DNA of 63,960 nucleotides from Octopus bimaculoides (lineage: Eukaryota). Every line of letters starts with the position of its first letter. Position 1 is the first letter of the stretch. The notes under the pieces were generated by a model. That model saw only the letters and a list, made by a program, of their open reading frames with translations. It was not told the origin of the DNA and searched no databases. The DNA lies in contig NC_068982.1 of NCBI RefSeq assembly GCF_001194135.2, positions 153,215,669-153,279,628 on the forward strand, written 5' to 3'. The translations under genes were made by a program, and so were the position numbers. This document shows positions 51,775 through 63,725 of the stretch, one piece after another.

Positions 51775-53724
51775 GAGTGTCAAGGTATCAACTTGTTGGA
51801 TCAGGTGACGAAAGTCACGGAGAGGGTCATAGCCCAAATAATTAGGGAGAGAGTTAGTTTAGATGAGATGCACTTTGGGTTTGCGCCAGGGAGAAGCACC
51901 AATGATGCTATATTTCTGGTAAGACAGCTACAAGAGAAATACCTAGCCAAAGTTAAACTCTGATCTTGGCTTTCGTTGACATGGAGAAAGCCTTTGACAG
52001 AATCCTCCGATCCCTTATCTGGTGGTCAAAGCGGAAACTAGGGATAGATGAGTGGTTAGTGAGAGCTTTACAAACCAGATACAGGGATGCTGTCAGTAAG
52101 GTGAGGGTTGGCAACGAGTATAGTGAAGGATTCCGGGTAGGGGTCCACCAACGATCAGTCTTCCGTCCCCTCTTATTCATCATAGTCCTCCAGTCAGTAA
52201 CAGAAGAATTCAAGACAGGATGCTTCTTGGAGCTCCTCAATGTTGATGACATATCTCTAATAGCTGATTCACTATCAGAACTAGAGGAGAAGTTTCAGGT
52301 GTGGAAGCAAGGGCTAGGATCGAAGGGCTTTAGAGTGAATCAAGCAAAAAGCCAAAGTCTTAGTAAATAGGAAGGCAGACAAATGACAAGTCCCTTCAGA
52401 TAGATGGCCCTGCTCGATCTGTAGAAAAGGTGTAGGTTGAAACTCCATAAGCTGTACCCGATGTAAGTTATGGGCACATAAGAGGTGCAGCAATATTAAA
52501 GGAAGGTTAACTTAGAAGATAGGTTTTTTGTGTGGCACAGGAGCAATAAGCATTGAAAATGTGCAGAAAACAGCTTCCATTACATGCCAGAAGAAGAAAC
52601 TAGAAGTTGTTGACAGCTTCCGTTACCTAGGTGACCAAGTAAGTTGCGGGTGTGGATCATCTAAGAGCGTAGCTGCAAGCATAAAAATAGCCTGAGCAAA
52701 GTTCAGACAGCTCTTACCTCTGATGGTAACAAAGGGTCTCTCGCTCAGACTGAAAGGCACACAGTATGACGCATGTGTGCAAACAGCTATGCTACACGGC
52801 AGTGAAACATGGGCTGTGACTGCTGAGGACATGTGTAAGCTTGGAAGAAATGTAACTAGTATGCTTCTTTGGATGTGTAATGTCAGTGTGCATATACGAA
52901 CGAGTGTAAGCGCCCAGAGAGAAAAGTTAGACATAAGCATCATATATGGTGTGCAAGAGAGACGACTACGCTGGTATGGTGATGTGTTACGTAAGGATTA
53001 GGACAGCTATGTGAATAAGTGTCACACCCTAACATTAGAGGAACCTGTGGAAGAGGTAGTCCCAGGAAGACCTGGGATGAGGTGGTGTATCAAGACCTTC
53101 GAACGTTGGACCTCACGGAGGCAATGACAGGAGACCTAGACCTTTTGAGATATGCTGTACTTGAGAGAACCCGGCAAGCCAAGTGAGACCGTAGCTATGG
53201 CTTACGCCAGTGTCGCATAGCCGGCCCATTTAAGTGTACCCTTCAATCATTCGACAGTATGCCGTGATTGAGAAGATCTGTTGAGTCAATTGAAATCATT
53301 GTGATGGCCAATTCCAGTACCGCTTAACTGGCACCCGTGCGGTGGTACGTAAAAGGCACCATACGAGCGTAGTCGATGCTAGTGCCGCCTGGCTGGCTTC
53401 TGTCCCAGTGGCACATAAAAAAAGAATACCATTCGAGCGTGCTCTTTGACAGTACCGCTTGACTGGCTCCCGTACCGAGGGCACGTAAAAAGTACTATTC
53501 GAGCGTGGTCGATACCAGTGCCGCCTGATTGGCCCCCGTGCCAGTGGCTCGTAAAAAGAACCCACTACACTCTTGGAGTGGTTGGCGTTAGGAAGGACAT
53601 CCAGCTGTAGAAAACTTGCCAGTTAAGATTGGAGCCTAGTGTAGCGTCCTGGCTTGCCAATCCTCAGTCAAAACCGTTCAACCCATGCCAGCACAGAAAA
53701 CGGATGTTAAACGATGATGATGAT
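51775..53724 (+). mobile_element. RTE-clade LINE, 5'-truncated and frameshifted, with (GAT)n tail
   Basis: GINLLDQVTKVTERV, FGFAPGRSTNDAIF, AFVDMEKAFDR, GVHQRSV..PLLFII, NVDD, a Cys-rich insert, YLGD, MLHGSETWA, RRLRWYG, GRPRKTW; long 3'UTR ending aaacgatgatgatgat. Confidence 0.93.
53314..53575 (+). repeat. Four imperfect 65-70-bp tandem units in the RTE 3'UTR
   Basis: Units begin ccagtaccgctt / ctagtgccgcct / acagtaccgctt / ccagtgccgcct, and each contains a gtaaaa-like core. Confidence 0.75.
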
Positions 53725-55699
53725 GGTGGTGTGTGGTAATCTTTTTAAAATGCTTATTGGATTTTGTGATTCAAATTTGTAACTGCAAAGTGTCTGAAAA
53801 GAGATGTGTTACTGATGTACTGGAACAAATTGTCACTTACTCATTTCTCATAGCGAAACATTCTTTTAGTTCTTCGTATCTTTAAAGTAAGAGATGGCAA
53901 ATTTTGTTATACATTTGTTTGATACATTAAATAGAATCTTATAATGTTCCTGCATCATAAACATATAATGATCTCATCTGTAAAAACTCAGATATTGATA
54001 TCATACACACATCCAGTTCAAAATCCTCAACATAATATTTAAAATTATGTTGAATGCTTGAAAGATAATTGATCAAAACAACGTTTTTAAGCATGGCTTA
54101 TGGAACAAATTAAGGCATTGGGTGTTTTAACACATCTTATTTTAAAGATGATTTAATAAGGATTTGTCAACCGCCACACGAACAAATCAGACGTGCAGCA
54201 GCAAAACTCTGCTCACAAAGAAAAAGCCTCCAGTAGTATCAAAAGCACCGTCATCATAACCGCTATGTCTTCATCGCTATTAACTAAATGAATTATCTTA
54301 AAATATTTCTGAATTCAACCTGACTCGTTAAAATGATAGCAATAATTTCAACTATATTAGTTTGAATGACCAGCAGGAATTTTAATTTCAGAAGCAAGTC
54401 CCTGCTTAGAAGAAAAGACTAAATTTAACAACATTTAATGGTGCTTTTTTTTCCATGTCATCTCTATTTAACCAAAAGTACATATAACATTTCCCGTACA
54501 CCATAATATTATGATTAGCCCATAAGATTATATAGCTAGAACATAGAAGAATAGAATAATGATGTTAAAGGACAGCAAATGGTTTTGCAAACGAAAATTG
54601 ACATGAACACTAACTAGCATGCTTGTCCTTTCTTTAACATAAGGAAATCTGTAATTCAGTTTTGATAGATTAGAGCAACTTTGTGATTTGAGTAAATAAT
54701 GCTTAATACATTGTCATAACTAATAGTTGACATCGTCAATTTTATGTTCGATAATAAATCCTTCTCTGTAATACATTCTAGATGAAATCAGATAAATTGT
54801 TTTTATAAGGTATATTATGATGTTAGTAATTTTTAAATTAACAATTTCATCTGTAATTTCCGTTTCACGAAAAAGTTCTATCCCTATATTCCTTAATAAT
54901 TAATTTTTGAATAATTCTGTATAGTCTCTCTATGTTTTACAACATCCTGACACCAATATGAGATAACTATCAAGTGGTATTTTCGCAATTCTAATATTCA
55001 GTATATAATTTCGGATTAAAGCAAATAAAGGATAAAAGTATATACAGATGATTAGGATGGCAAATACAGTAAAAATAAGTTGGGGCTGTTTCAGTAAAAT
55101 ACTAATTTTAATAACATTTCTAAATATGAGTCCATAATAAGAATGTATGATTGACACTCTTGCCTGTAAACCATCACAAAGTGTAATAATTATTTTGTCA
55201 TTGTCACGTTTGTTATCTTAACTCCAAGAGAATAATAGACATTTAAGGTTAAATCTCCTGTAAAGACGCAATTGGTTGAACTTAACCAACACTTTCTAAA
55301 TCAGTGATTTGATATAAAAATAATGCATTTCAAAAATTTTTTTATGAATTAGAAAATAATTAATTCCAGACGTCCAAAATTAAATCAAAAAGTCTTTTTC
55401 AAAAGAGTTTAATCTATGACTCAGATTTTTTTCCAGGGTTATAGCACTTCTATTCTATTAGGTTTTGGAAAAGCATAGAATTAAAAATGTTCTTTCATTC
55501 TCATTGAATAAACAAGGACACTCATTAATAAATTCGAGCCGAAATTACGATCTTCGATAGAGGAAAAAAGAAACTCTTTCGAAAACGGCTAAGGTCATGT
55601 GTGTAGTGTATGGAATTTGATGTCTTAAATAATCCAAGCACTAATGTACAACTTACAAACTATTATATATTTCAAAGATGAATATACATATTTTTCATC

Positions 55700-55772
55700 A
55701 TTTATCTGTTTAGTTAGCTAACTGCGGTCATGATGGGGCACCACCTTAAAGTATGTAGTCGAATAAATCAAC
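55700..55772 (-). mobile_element. SINE 3'-end fragment
   Basis: actgcggtcatgatggggcaccaccttaaag..tagtcgaataaatc matches 29875-29925. Confidence 0.6.
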
Positions 55773-56550
55773 ATTGGTTGGTTCGTTTGGAATATTGATT
55801 GTTAGATCGTTACGTTGTTATTACGTCTGCATCGTTACCTTGTTTGCAGATAGTACACCGGTCACAATGTCTTGGAAGTACCACGAAGCCTGGAGACGGA
55901 GGATACAACATCTGGTGACGAGGGTTTCGAAGCTCACGTAAGTTATTTAACAATTTGCCTCTGATACAACTTGTTAAATTATGGAAGACCTATTAGCTTC
56001 TATAATACAGTTGCAAAAGTAACAGGAACAGGAGTTGGAGAAGCAGCTAGTACAGCAACAACTACAACAACAACAATTATTGGGGCTATACGCTAAGTCC
56101 GAAAATGCAGTAAGTTCGTTTTAGCCAGACGGCGTATCGAATACCATAACAGAATTCAGTTATAACCCAGAGGAGGGTATAACTTTTGCAGCGTACTACA
56201 GGAGGTACGAGAGAATTTTAAAGGAAGATTGCAAAACATGGTCGGACGAAGAAAAAGTAAGGTTATTATGACAAAATTTAGCTCCGTCTGTGTAACACCA
56301 TGTAGAGGTTGTGCGCTAGCTGCCAAACCACAACCGGTGAAATACTAATCGTGGCCTGAGATGGATAGTCCGTGAACCAGGGTACATATCGACTACGCTG
56401 TACCGGTAAACAGCGCATATTATTTAATCGTTGTTGATAGCGGTAGAAAGTGGCCAGAGGCATGCAAGTGCTATAAACCAACCGTACAGACAAAAATAAT
56501 GTTCCTGCATGAATTATTTGCTCGATACGGTGTTCTAGACAAGTTGGTAT
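55773..56550 (+). mobile_element. Gypsy (K02A2.6/Mag-like) remnant: LTR end, PBS, gag start joined to integrase
   Basis: LTR end ...tacaaca (55910), PBS-like tctggtgacgagg, gag NTITEFSYNPEEGITFAAYYRRYE..WSDEEKVRLL, then CRGCALAAK..RVHIDYA..LIVVDS..ELFARYG..LVSDNG. Confidence 0.85.
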
Positions 56551-57417
56551 CAGATAATGGAATATATAGATATATATGCACCATTAGATATACACATATA
56601 CACAGACATATATATTCACACACATACGAACAAACGCATACAAGCACACGGTTGTATAGATACGGTCATATATTTATGCGTATAGCCGAATTGAGGCTAC
56701 TCTGTCTTACACATGTTTTCATCCATACAAACATACACACATACACACACTCTCGCGCATAAACATACAGACAAAAACAGGCACTTATACACAAAAAATA
56801 AACATACGAAAGCTATGAAATATATATATATCAATAACTGGAAAAAATTGAAAATAAAAAATGAAAAAACATTTTAATAGGTATTTTAGATTACAAAAAT
56901 TAACTAAAAATTTTAGTGAAATTACAAAATAAAATTTTAAAATAATGTTAACTGAAAGTTTAAAAGAACATCAAAAAAATTTATTTCGAAGAAGTGTTTT
57001 AAAAGGAATTGGGAAAATATATGATAAATATGTATGGGACAAAATAAAGTAAAAAAAAAAAATAGTATAATATGGTATATTTTAAAATAAAATATTATGT
57101 ATTACGATAGATTAAGATATATAAGTCTTACATGCAATAATGTGATGCATAGTATAAAAAGTAATAAAATATAATGCAACACATTATATAAAATGGTATA
57201 AAACAATTTATCGTACTATGCTACATGAAATTGTGGAGTATATCTATATGGATATATAGTTATATATGTCCATATATAACTATACATACATGAATATATA
57301 CACTAACATTCACATAGATCTACATATCATTACATACATGCACACATGTACACACAAACAAAGAAGGGCAAAGCAAAGTTTATTAAAAAATTGAATGAAA
57401 TTGAGGATGTGTGCAGT

Positions 57418-57608
57418 TTTGTTTGAGGAAATCTATATACATAAATGAATAATATTTCACCTATCCGGAAATCTGTGCATCGGAAATGTAGAAAATATTT
57501 AGTATAAAGTACACGCCTGAATAGCGAACACCTGGCTGGGCGTATTCGATATGTGATAATGTGCTTATGTATGCAACAGAGGTTCGTAATACCTACTTCA
57601 CTACAAGG
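57418..57608 (+). repeat. 191-bp direct repeat, copy 1
   Basis: Matches 58887-59077 with one mismatch by eye (acacg versus acatg). Confidence 0.93.
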
Positions 57609-58880
57609 TCAAATGTTAAAGGAATTCCAAACTGGACATCCGGAAATTTCTAGAATAAGTCGCTTATGATGAGTTATATTTACTGGCCAAAAACGGATAA
57701 GTTGGTAAAATCGGGGTTAGATTGTGCTTTTGCAGCCAAATCACTACCTATAAAATTTCAACGTTGGCCCAAGACCGATATTCCATGGTCCAGACTACTC
57801 ATAGACCTTGCAGGACCGTCTAACCGATCATATCATCTAATAGTGGTAGATAGTTTTACTAAATAATCAGAAATGTGTAAAAGTAAAAACCCGACATCCA
57901 CGGTAACAGTGGAATTTCTACACAAACTTTTTGCTTTGTATGGTATTCCGGATACCATAAGGGTACACAGCTCACGGCGAATGAATTTAAGAATCTTTGC
58001 AAGATATGCTCAATTGAAAATATCACTACTCCTCCGTATCACCCACGACCAAACGGGCAAGCGGAAAGTTTCGTGGATACATTTTAAAAAGCATTAAAGA
58101 AATCTAGAAACAATCTTGTCGATGACGCAGCATGACACGATTCTCGGGGCTTTATAACCCAAACACTTTTTCAGGCAAATCACCTGCGGAACTAATGCTG
58201 GCTCGAAAAATGAAGTCAATTTTCGACAAGCTGTTATCAGTAAGGAAAACACTAAAAATAGGGAAAACACCAAAAATTCGACAAGCATTGTAGTGTCGGA
58301 GACAAGGTGTTTTTGAAAATATATAAAAATGGAAGACAAAGTTAGGAAGACGGAGTAGTAACAAAAAGAATAAGCAAAATGACATATATGATAAGAGGCG
58401 AAAAATGGAAACACTAAAAACATTTAAACCATTATAAAATAGATATACAGAAAAAACGAAAGAGATACTCATGGAAGTGTTCTATGACACCTTTGATGTT
58501 TCAACGCCACAAGAAATTGAACCTAGGCGTAGCAACACAAGAACGAGGAAACAAACAGACCGGTTGGAAGTAGAGCCTAAACGGAAGAAATATTAAACTT
58601 CTCTAGAAGAAAAATCTCGAAAAGGGAAATGAAAGAAAGAAAAATAAATAAGAATTATAATATTAACTTCCAACAGAAGTCAATTTCAAATTGTGAAATG
58701 CTGTGCCGAGAGTCATTGACAATCCTGAGGGATTGGAAGAATGGACTAGCCGAACTCTTATAAAAAGTAGCGTATTGGTTGAGACGAGAGTTCGATAGGA
58801 ATCATTGAAAGGGCATTTTGGAGTCTTGCGAAGTACGTCATGTAAACCCATTGATTTTACACCCGCATCATTAAATTATA
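57520..58880 (+). mobile_element. Second Gypsy (K02A2.6-like) integrase remnant with possible 3' LTR
   Basis: YSICDNVLMYA/FVIPTSLQ..GHP..YIYWP..WSRLLIDLAGP..LIVVDSFTK..LFALYGIPDTI..PPYHPRPNGQAE..GKSPAEL. A purine tract near 58620 is followed by a non-coding segment. Confidence 0.85.
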
Positions 58881-58886
58881 CATTCC

Positions 58887-59077
58887 TTTGTTTGAGGAAA
58901 TCTATATACATAAATGAATAATATTTCACCTATCCGGAAATCTGTGCATCGGAAATGTAGAAAATATTTAGTATAAAGTACATGCCTGAATAGCGAACAC
59001 CTGGCTGGGCGTATTCGATATGTGATAATGTGCTTATGTATGCAACAGAGGTTCGTAATACCTACTTCACTACAAGG
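58887..59077 (+). repeat. 191-bp direct repeat, copy 2
   Basis: Lies 1469 bp after copy 1 and ends at (TA)n plus an N-gap. Confidence 0.93.
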
Positions 59078-59689
59078 ACATATATATATATATATACANN
59101 NNNNNNNNNNNNNNNNNNNNNNNNNNNNNNNNNNNNNNNNNNNNNNNNNNNNNNNNNNNNNNNNNNNNNNNNNNNNNNNNNNNNNNNNNNNNNNNNNNNN
59201 NNNNNNNNNNNNNNNNNNNNNNNNNNNNNNNNNNNNNNNNNNNNNNNNNNNNNNNNNNNNNNNNNNNNNNNNNNNNNNNNNNNNNNNNNNNNNNNNNNNN
59301 NNNNNNNNNNNNNNNNNNNNNNNNNNNNNNNNNNNNNNNNNNNNNNNNNNNNNNNNNNNNNNNNNNNNNNNNNNNNNNNNNNNNNNNNNNNNNNNNNNNN
59401 NNNNNNNNNNNNNNNNNNNNNNNNNNNNNNNNNNNNNNNNNNNNNNNNNNNNNNNNNNNNNNNNNNNNNNNNNNNNNNNNNNNNNNNNNNNNNNNNNNNN
59501 NNNNNNNNNNNNNNNNNNNNNNNNNNNNNNNNNNNNNNTGTGTGTGTGTGTGTGTGTGTGTGTCTGTGTCTGTGTCTGTATGTCTGTGTGTAATTTACAT
59601 AGTTTTAGTATATTTCATATTGTGTTTGTCGACCGGTTTCACGTTCGGTAATCATGACATTGAAATTATTGCAATTTTGTATTTTCTTA

Positions 59690-60000
59690 AGGAGACTTTA
59701 GTCCAACGGCTGATTCGTTCAATAATCGTTATCGCAACCATGTTTCCAGATCCAACGGAATCAACAAGAAACATTCAACATTTTTGGCCGATTTTGCATG
59801 GTGACTGAATGAAGATTGCATTACATATAACAGAGGAAGGCACGCAAAATAATATAATATCATTTCCAGGAGATGCCAACTTTGCTCCGAGGAATCCCTC
59901 TCTATTCTGTGGACCAACAAGAAGATCATTAATAGAATTTCTGAAAGACTCTCAAGATGCCTACACACATATAAATGTACTTTTGCACAATCGTACAATG
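59690..60000 (+). mobile_element. PLE GIY-YIG endonuclease fragment (Naiad-like)
   Basis: One frame: SFNNRYRNH..STFLADFAW*LNED.ITY..YNIISRRCQLCSEE..IL..INRISE.LSRCLH. Confidence 0.78.
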
Positions 60001-61062
60001 CACTGGGAACGAGTTTGAGTAAGTGATAGCATAATTTACTTTAAGGTATCGATGAATTAAGTTTAGCTTTAACCTCCCCATTTTATAAACACCAAATAGC
60101 TATTTAACTCGCTATGCGAACATATGTGCACCAAACCACACGTGTGCATGTGCTTACCTCATCGTGGATACTTGTATGAGAGAGTGTTCATGCGCTACAC
60201 AACTTACGCGCGGGCGTTTATACATCCATATCCATTAACGGTTATTTTAAATACTTTTCTCGTTGTATTGCATGTTCGTTTCTTTTTTGTCTCTGTTATT
60301 TTATTATTGATCTTCCATATGAATGAAGTTATATTCTTTGATTTGCTGCTTTTCTTTATGCAAAATGAGAAGAATCATTGCGGAACTGTTATTTTAACGA
60401 GTTATATCTATTTATCACCCGAGGAGATACATCTGTACCGTCGGATACTCCTGGACCAGTTCAGTATTCCACTCGTGACGGTTCGATGCTAGATGCATCG
60501 AAACAATTGTCGTGATTAATAAAAATTCTCGTTTTTCTATCTTCCGTCTTTCATATACCATATTACATAATGAACATTGTGAAAGTGATAGTGCTTTACC
60601 AGTAAGCTACCAGATATAAACCACTAGTTTTATCATATATATATATATGTACATATGTGTGTGTGTATGTGGTGTGTGTACAGATAGATAGATAGATAGA
60701 GGTAGATATATATGTATGTATATAGACTTGTACATACACACACATGCACACACATATTGATATATGCATGCATGCACACACATGCACAGGCACACACGCA
60801 CATACACACAAATCCGCGCGTGCACACACACTCACAGCCATATTACATTCAGTCATCGTCATATATTGACTGCCTATCATTTGTAAACTTCATCAGTATA
60901 GTTTTCTTCTTACCTGTCTTTCTTGTGTTTATCTACCTCTCTGATAAGTAGAACATATACCACCAGAACAGATACATGCATACGTACATATATTTTGTAT
61001 ATATTTTATAAATATGTGTGTATGTGTGGTGTATATATATATATGTATGTGTATATACACAC

Positions 61063-61103
<41 letters not shown>

Positions 61104-61495
61104 CATATATATATTATATCATATATCATATATACACATACAATTGTGTGCGTCTGTGTATCCCCATCTCTTTATAACTTACGCTTCTGTTTCTAGACAT
61201 CCGTATAGCTTCAGGATTCGCACAGCCTCAATATATATATATCAGTTTGCATGTGTATGTGCAAATATACGGATCAATCAATTTAAGTAGGTATCTAGAC
61301 AATAACATATCTGTTTGTGCGTCTCTATATGTAGTTCTTAATTTTCCCGTTATGCATCGAGTTAAATGGAATAATCACTTCATGTCATTAACGTTTGCAC
61401 AAATAGTTTAGAACATTGAACAGAAAATTAAATTAATGTAATAATATGAACGATATATTTCTGTGCAGATGTTAGTGTACATACGTACATACGTA

Positions 61496-61528
<33 letters not shown>

Positions 61529-62638
61529 NNNNNNNNNNNNNNNNNNNNNNNNNNNNNNNNNNNNNNNNNNNNNNNNNNNNNNNNNNNNNNNNNNNNNNNN
61601 NNNNNNNNNNNNNNNNNNNNNNNNNNNNNNNNNNNNNNNNNNNNNNNNNNNNNNNNNNNNNNNNNNNNNNNNNNNNNNNNNNNNNNNNNNNNNNNNNNNN
61701 NNNNNNNNNNNNNNNNNNNNNNNNNNNNNNNNNNNNNNNNNNNNNNNNNNNNNNNNNNNNNNNNNNNNNNNNNNNNNNNNNNNNNNNNNNNNNNNNNNNN
61801 NNNNNNNNNNNNNNNNNNNNNNNNNNNNNNNNNNNNNNNNNNNNNNNNNNNNNNNNNNNNNNNNNNNNNNNNNNNNNNNNNNNNNNNNNNNNNNNNNNNN
61901 NNNNNNNNNNNNNNNNNNNNNNNNNNNNNNNNNNNNNNNNNNNNNNNNNNNNNNNNNNNNNNNNNNNNNNNNNNNNNNNNNNNNNNNNNNNNNNNNNNNN
62001 NNNNNNNNNNNNNNNNNNNNNNNNNNNNNNNNNNNNNNNNNNNNNNNNNNNNNNNNNNNNNNNNNNNNNNNNNNNNNNNNNNNNNNNNNNNNNNNNNNNN
62101 NNTATATATATACATATATATATATATATTTATATTTATATTTATATATATGAACATACATACATATATACATACATACACTGATACAACGCAATAATAA
62201 TAACCATCAGCACCATGACAGCGATATTTTGCAATCCCTTCAAGAATGATAATTCAACATAGGAAATATATGAATCTGATAAAATGTTAAAAATTAAGTA
62301 AACATGGAACGTAAACGTAATAAAGGTATCTGGAAATGTAACATTAAAATTAAAACATCGCCTGTATGTATGCTCCAAAACCTTAGGTAAGGAAATAGGA
62401 GACAGAGCGATAGCTTGGTGTGAAAGGGTGTAGAAATTCATCTGAGGTGTAACGTTGACTGCCCCAGGTTGCACGATCTGCTTAAAATAGCAATGTTATA
62501 TCTCACGGTTCATATTATACTGCAGTACGGAAACAATAATGCATTAAACAACGTAGTCTTATATCTAAAAAGGATTATGATCACCATAACTTGAAAACCT
62601 TTGATAATATTTCTTTTCGATTATTATCGACCTGTGTA

Positions 62639-62677
62639 AACAACAACAAAAACAAGAACAACAACAACAACAACAAC

Positions 62678-62759
<82 letters not shown>

Positions 62760-62770
62760 TAATAATAATT
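62639..62770. repeat. Compound (AAC)n(AAT)n microsatellite
   Basis: Direct reading; it forms the (ATT)n tail of the adjacent minus-strand element. Confidence 0.97.
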
Positions 62771-63360
62771 TCATTTATTTGCACTAAGGGTGAAGGATGA
62801 TTGGAACAATACAAAGACAGACATAAAGTGTGGGAGTTTACAAATATTGAAATAATAAAAAATGAAAGAAATAAAGAAAGGTAGTATGTATACATGGTAT
62901 ACACTAAAAAAAAGGGTCATGTGCATAGGATACAAAGGTTTTAAAAGTGGCGGGGAGGATGATAGAGATGTGGCCCTCCTGATGCAGGAGGGCCTCTTGG
63001 GATAATCGATGAACCCTACTATCCAAGATTTCCACGAAACCCCTGGAGCAAGTGACCTCTCCAGTTCCTTCTCCCTTACTCACAAGTCTACACTTAGAGA
63101 GGTACCATTCACTCTTGTTATTTTCGCAACTTTAACCCACCTTTCAGTAAACTCACTCGAGGACAGCACTTCCCACTCCATTCTCAATTTCCTTTTCAAG
63201 TGAAACTTGAAGAAGTCCATGGGAGGTCTACCAAAGAGGATTGTATCTGTCCTCATGCTTTTCAGCCTTATCCACCACACAACCTCTTTCGTCACTGCCA
63301 TCAAGCAAAGGAAAACTGCCTTGACTGCCCGATTGAAGTATCACGGCGGTGCATTCATCG
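62770..63360 (-). mobile_element. L1/Tx1-like ORF2 C-terminus plus 3'UTR
   Basis: Minus strand: AVFLCLMAVTKEVVWWIRLK..FFKFHLKRKLRMEWEVLSSSEFTERWVKVAK..*. The UTR ends aataaatgaa(att)n. Confidence 0.65.
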
Positions 63361-63369
63361 TTACAAATT

Positions 63370-63470
63370 CGATTTTGCTTTTCATCCTTTCGGGCTCGAT
63401 AAATTAAGTACCAGCTGAACACTGAGTCGATGTACTCTCCCTAACCCCTCCCCGAAATTGCTGGCCCTCT
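63370..63470 (+). mobile_element. 5'-truncated SINE
   Basis: ttttcatcctttcgggctcgataaattaagtaccag... duplicates the body of the next SINE. Confidence 0.75.
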
Positions 63471-63484
63471 GCGAAAATTTGAAA

Positions 63485-63690
63485 GGCAGAATCCTTAGCA
63501 CATCGGGCAAAGTGTGTAGCGGTATTTCGTCTGTCACAACGTTCTGAGTTCAAATTCCGCCGAGGTCGACTTTGTATTTCATCCCTTCGGGGTCAATAAA
63601 TTAAGTACCAGTGAAATACTGAGGTCGATCTAATCGACTGGTCCCCCTCCCCCACAATTTCGAGCCTTGTGCCTAGAGTAGAAAAGATTA

Positions 63691-63724
<34 letters not shown>
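63485..63724 (+). mobile_element. Near-complete tRNA-derived SINE with (ATT)n tail
   Basis: ggcagaatccttagc (A-box-like), gagttcaaattcc (B-box), body gtcgacttt..ataaattaagtaccag, then tail attatc(att)n. Confidence 0.85.

Positions 63725-63725
<1 letters not shown>

Noticed and set aside
53314-53575. CRISPR-like array
   Set aside because: Eukaryotic context, no unique spacers, units inside a LINE 3'UTR, and no cas genes.
57418-59077. 191-bp direct repeats as LTRs
   Set aside because: No TG...CA termini, and the repeat contains internal pol coding sequence.
59802-59804. In-frame TGA in the PLE endonuclease as selenocysteine
   Set aside because: It follows Trp at a non-Cys position (consensus W-E/D/Q-L), and the same frame has a TAA.
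5295-62197. Many long ORFs in the supplied track (HTHT, CVCV, YIYI, ERER, poly-I, poly-X)
   Set aside because: They are translations of microsatellites and N-gaps, not genes.
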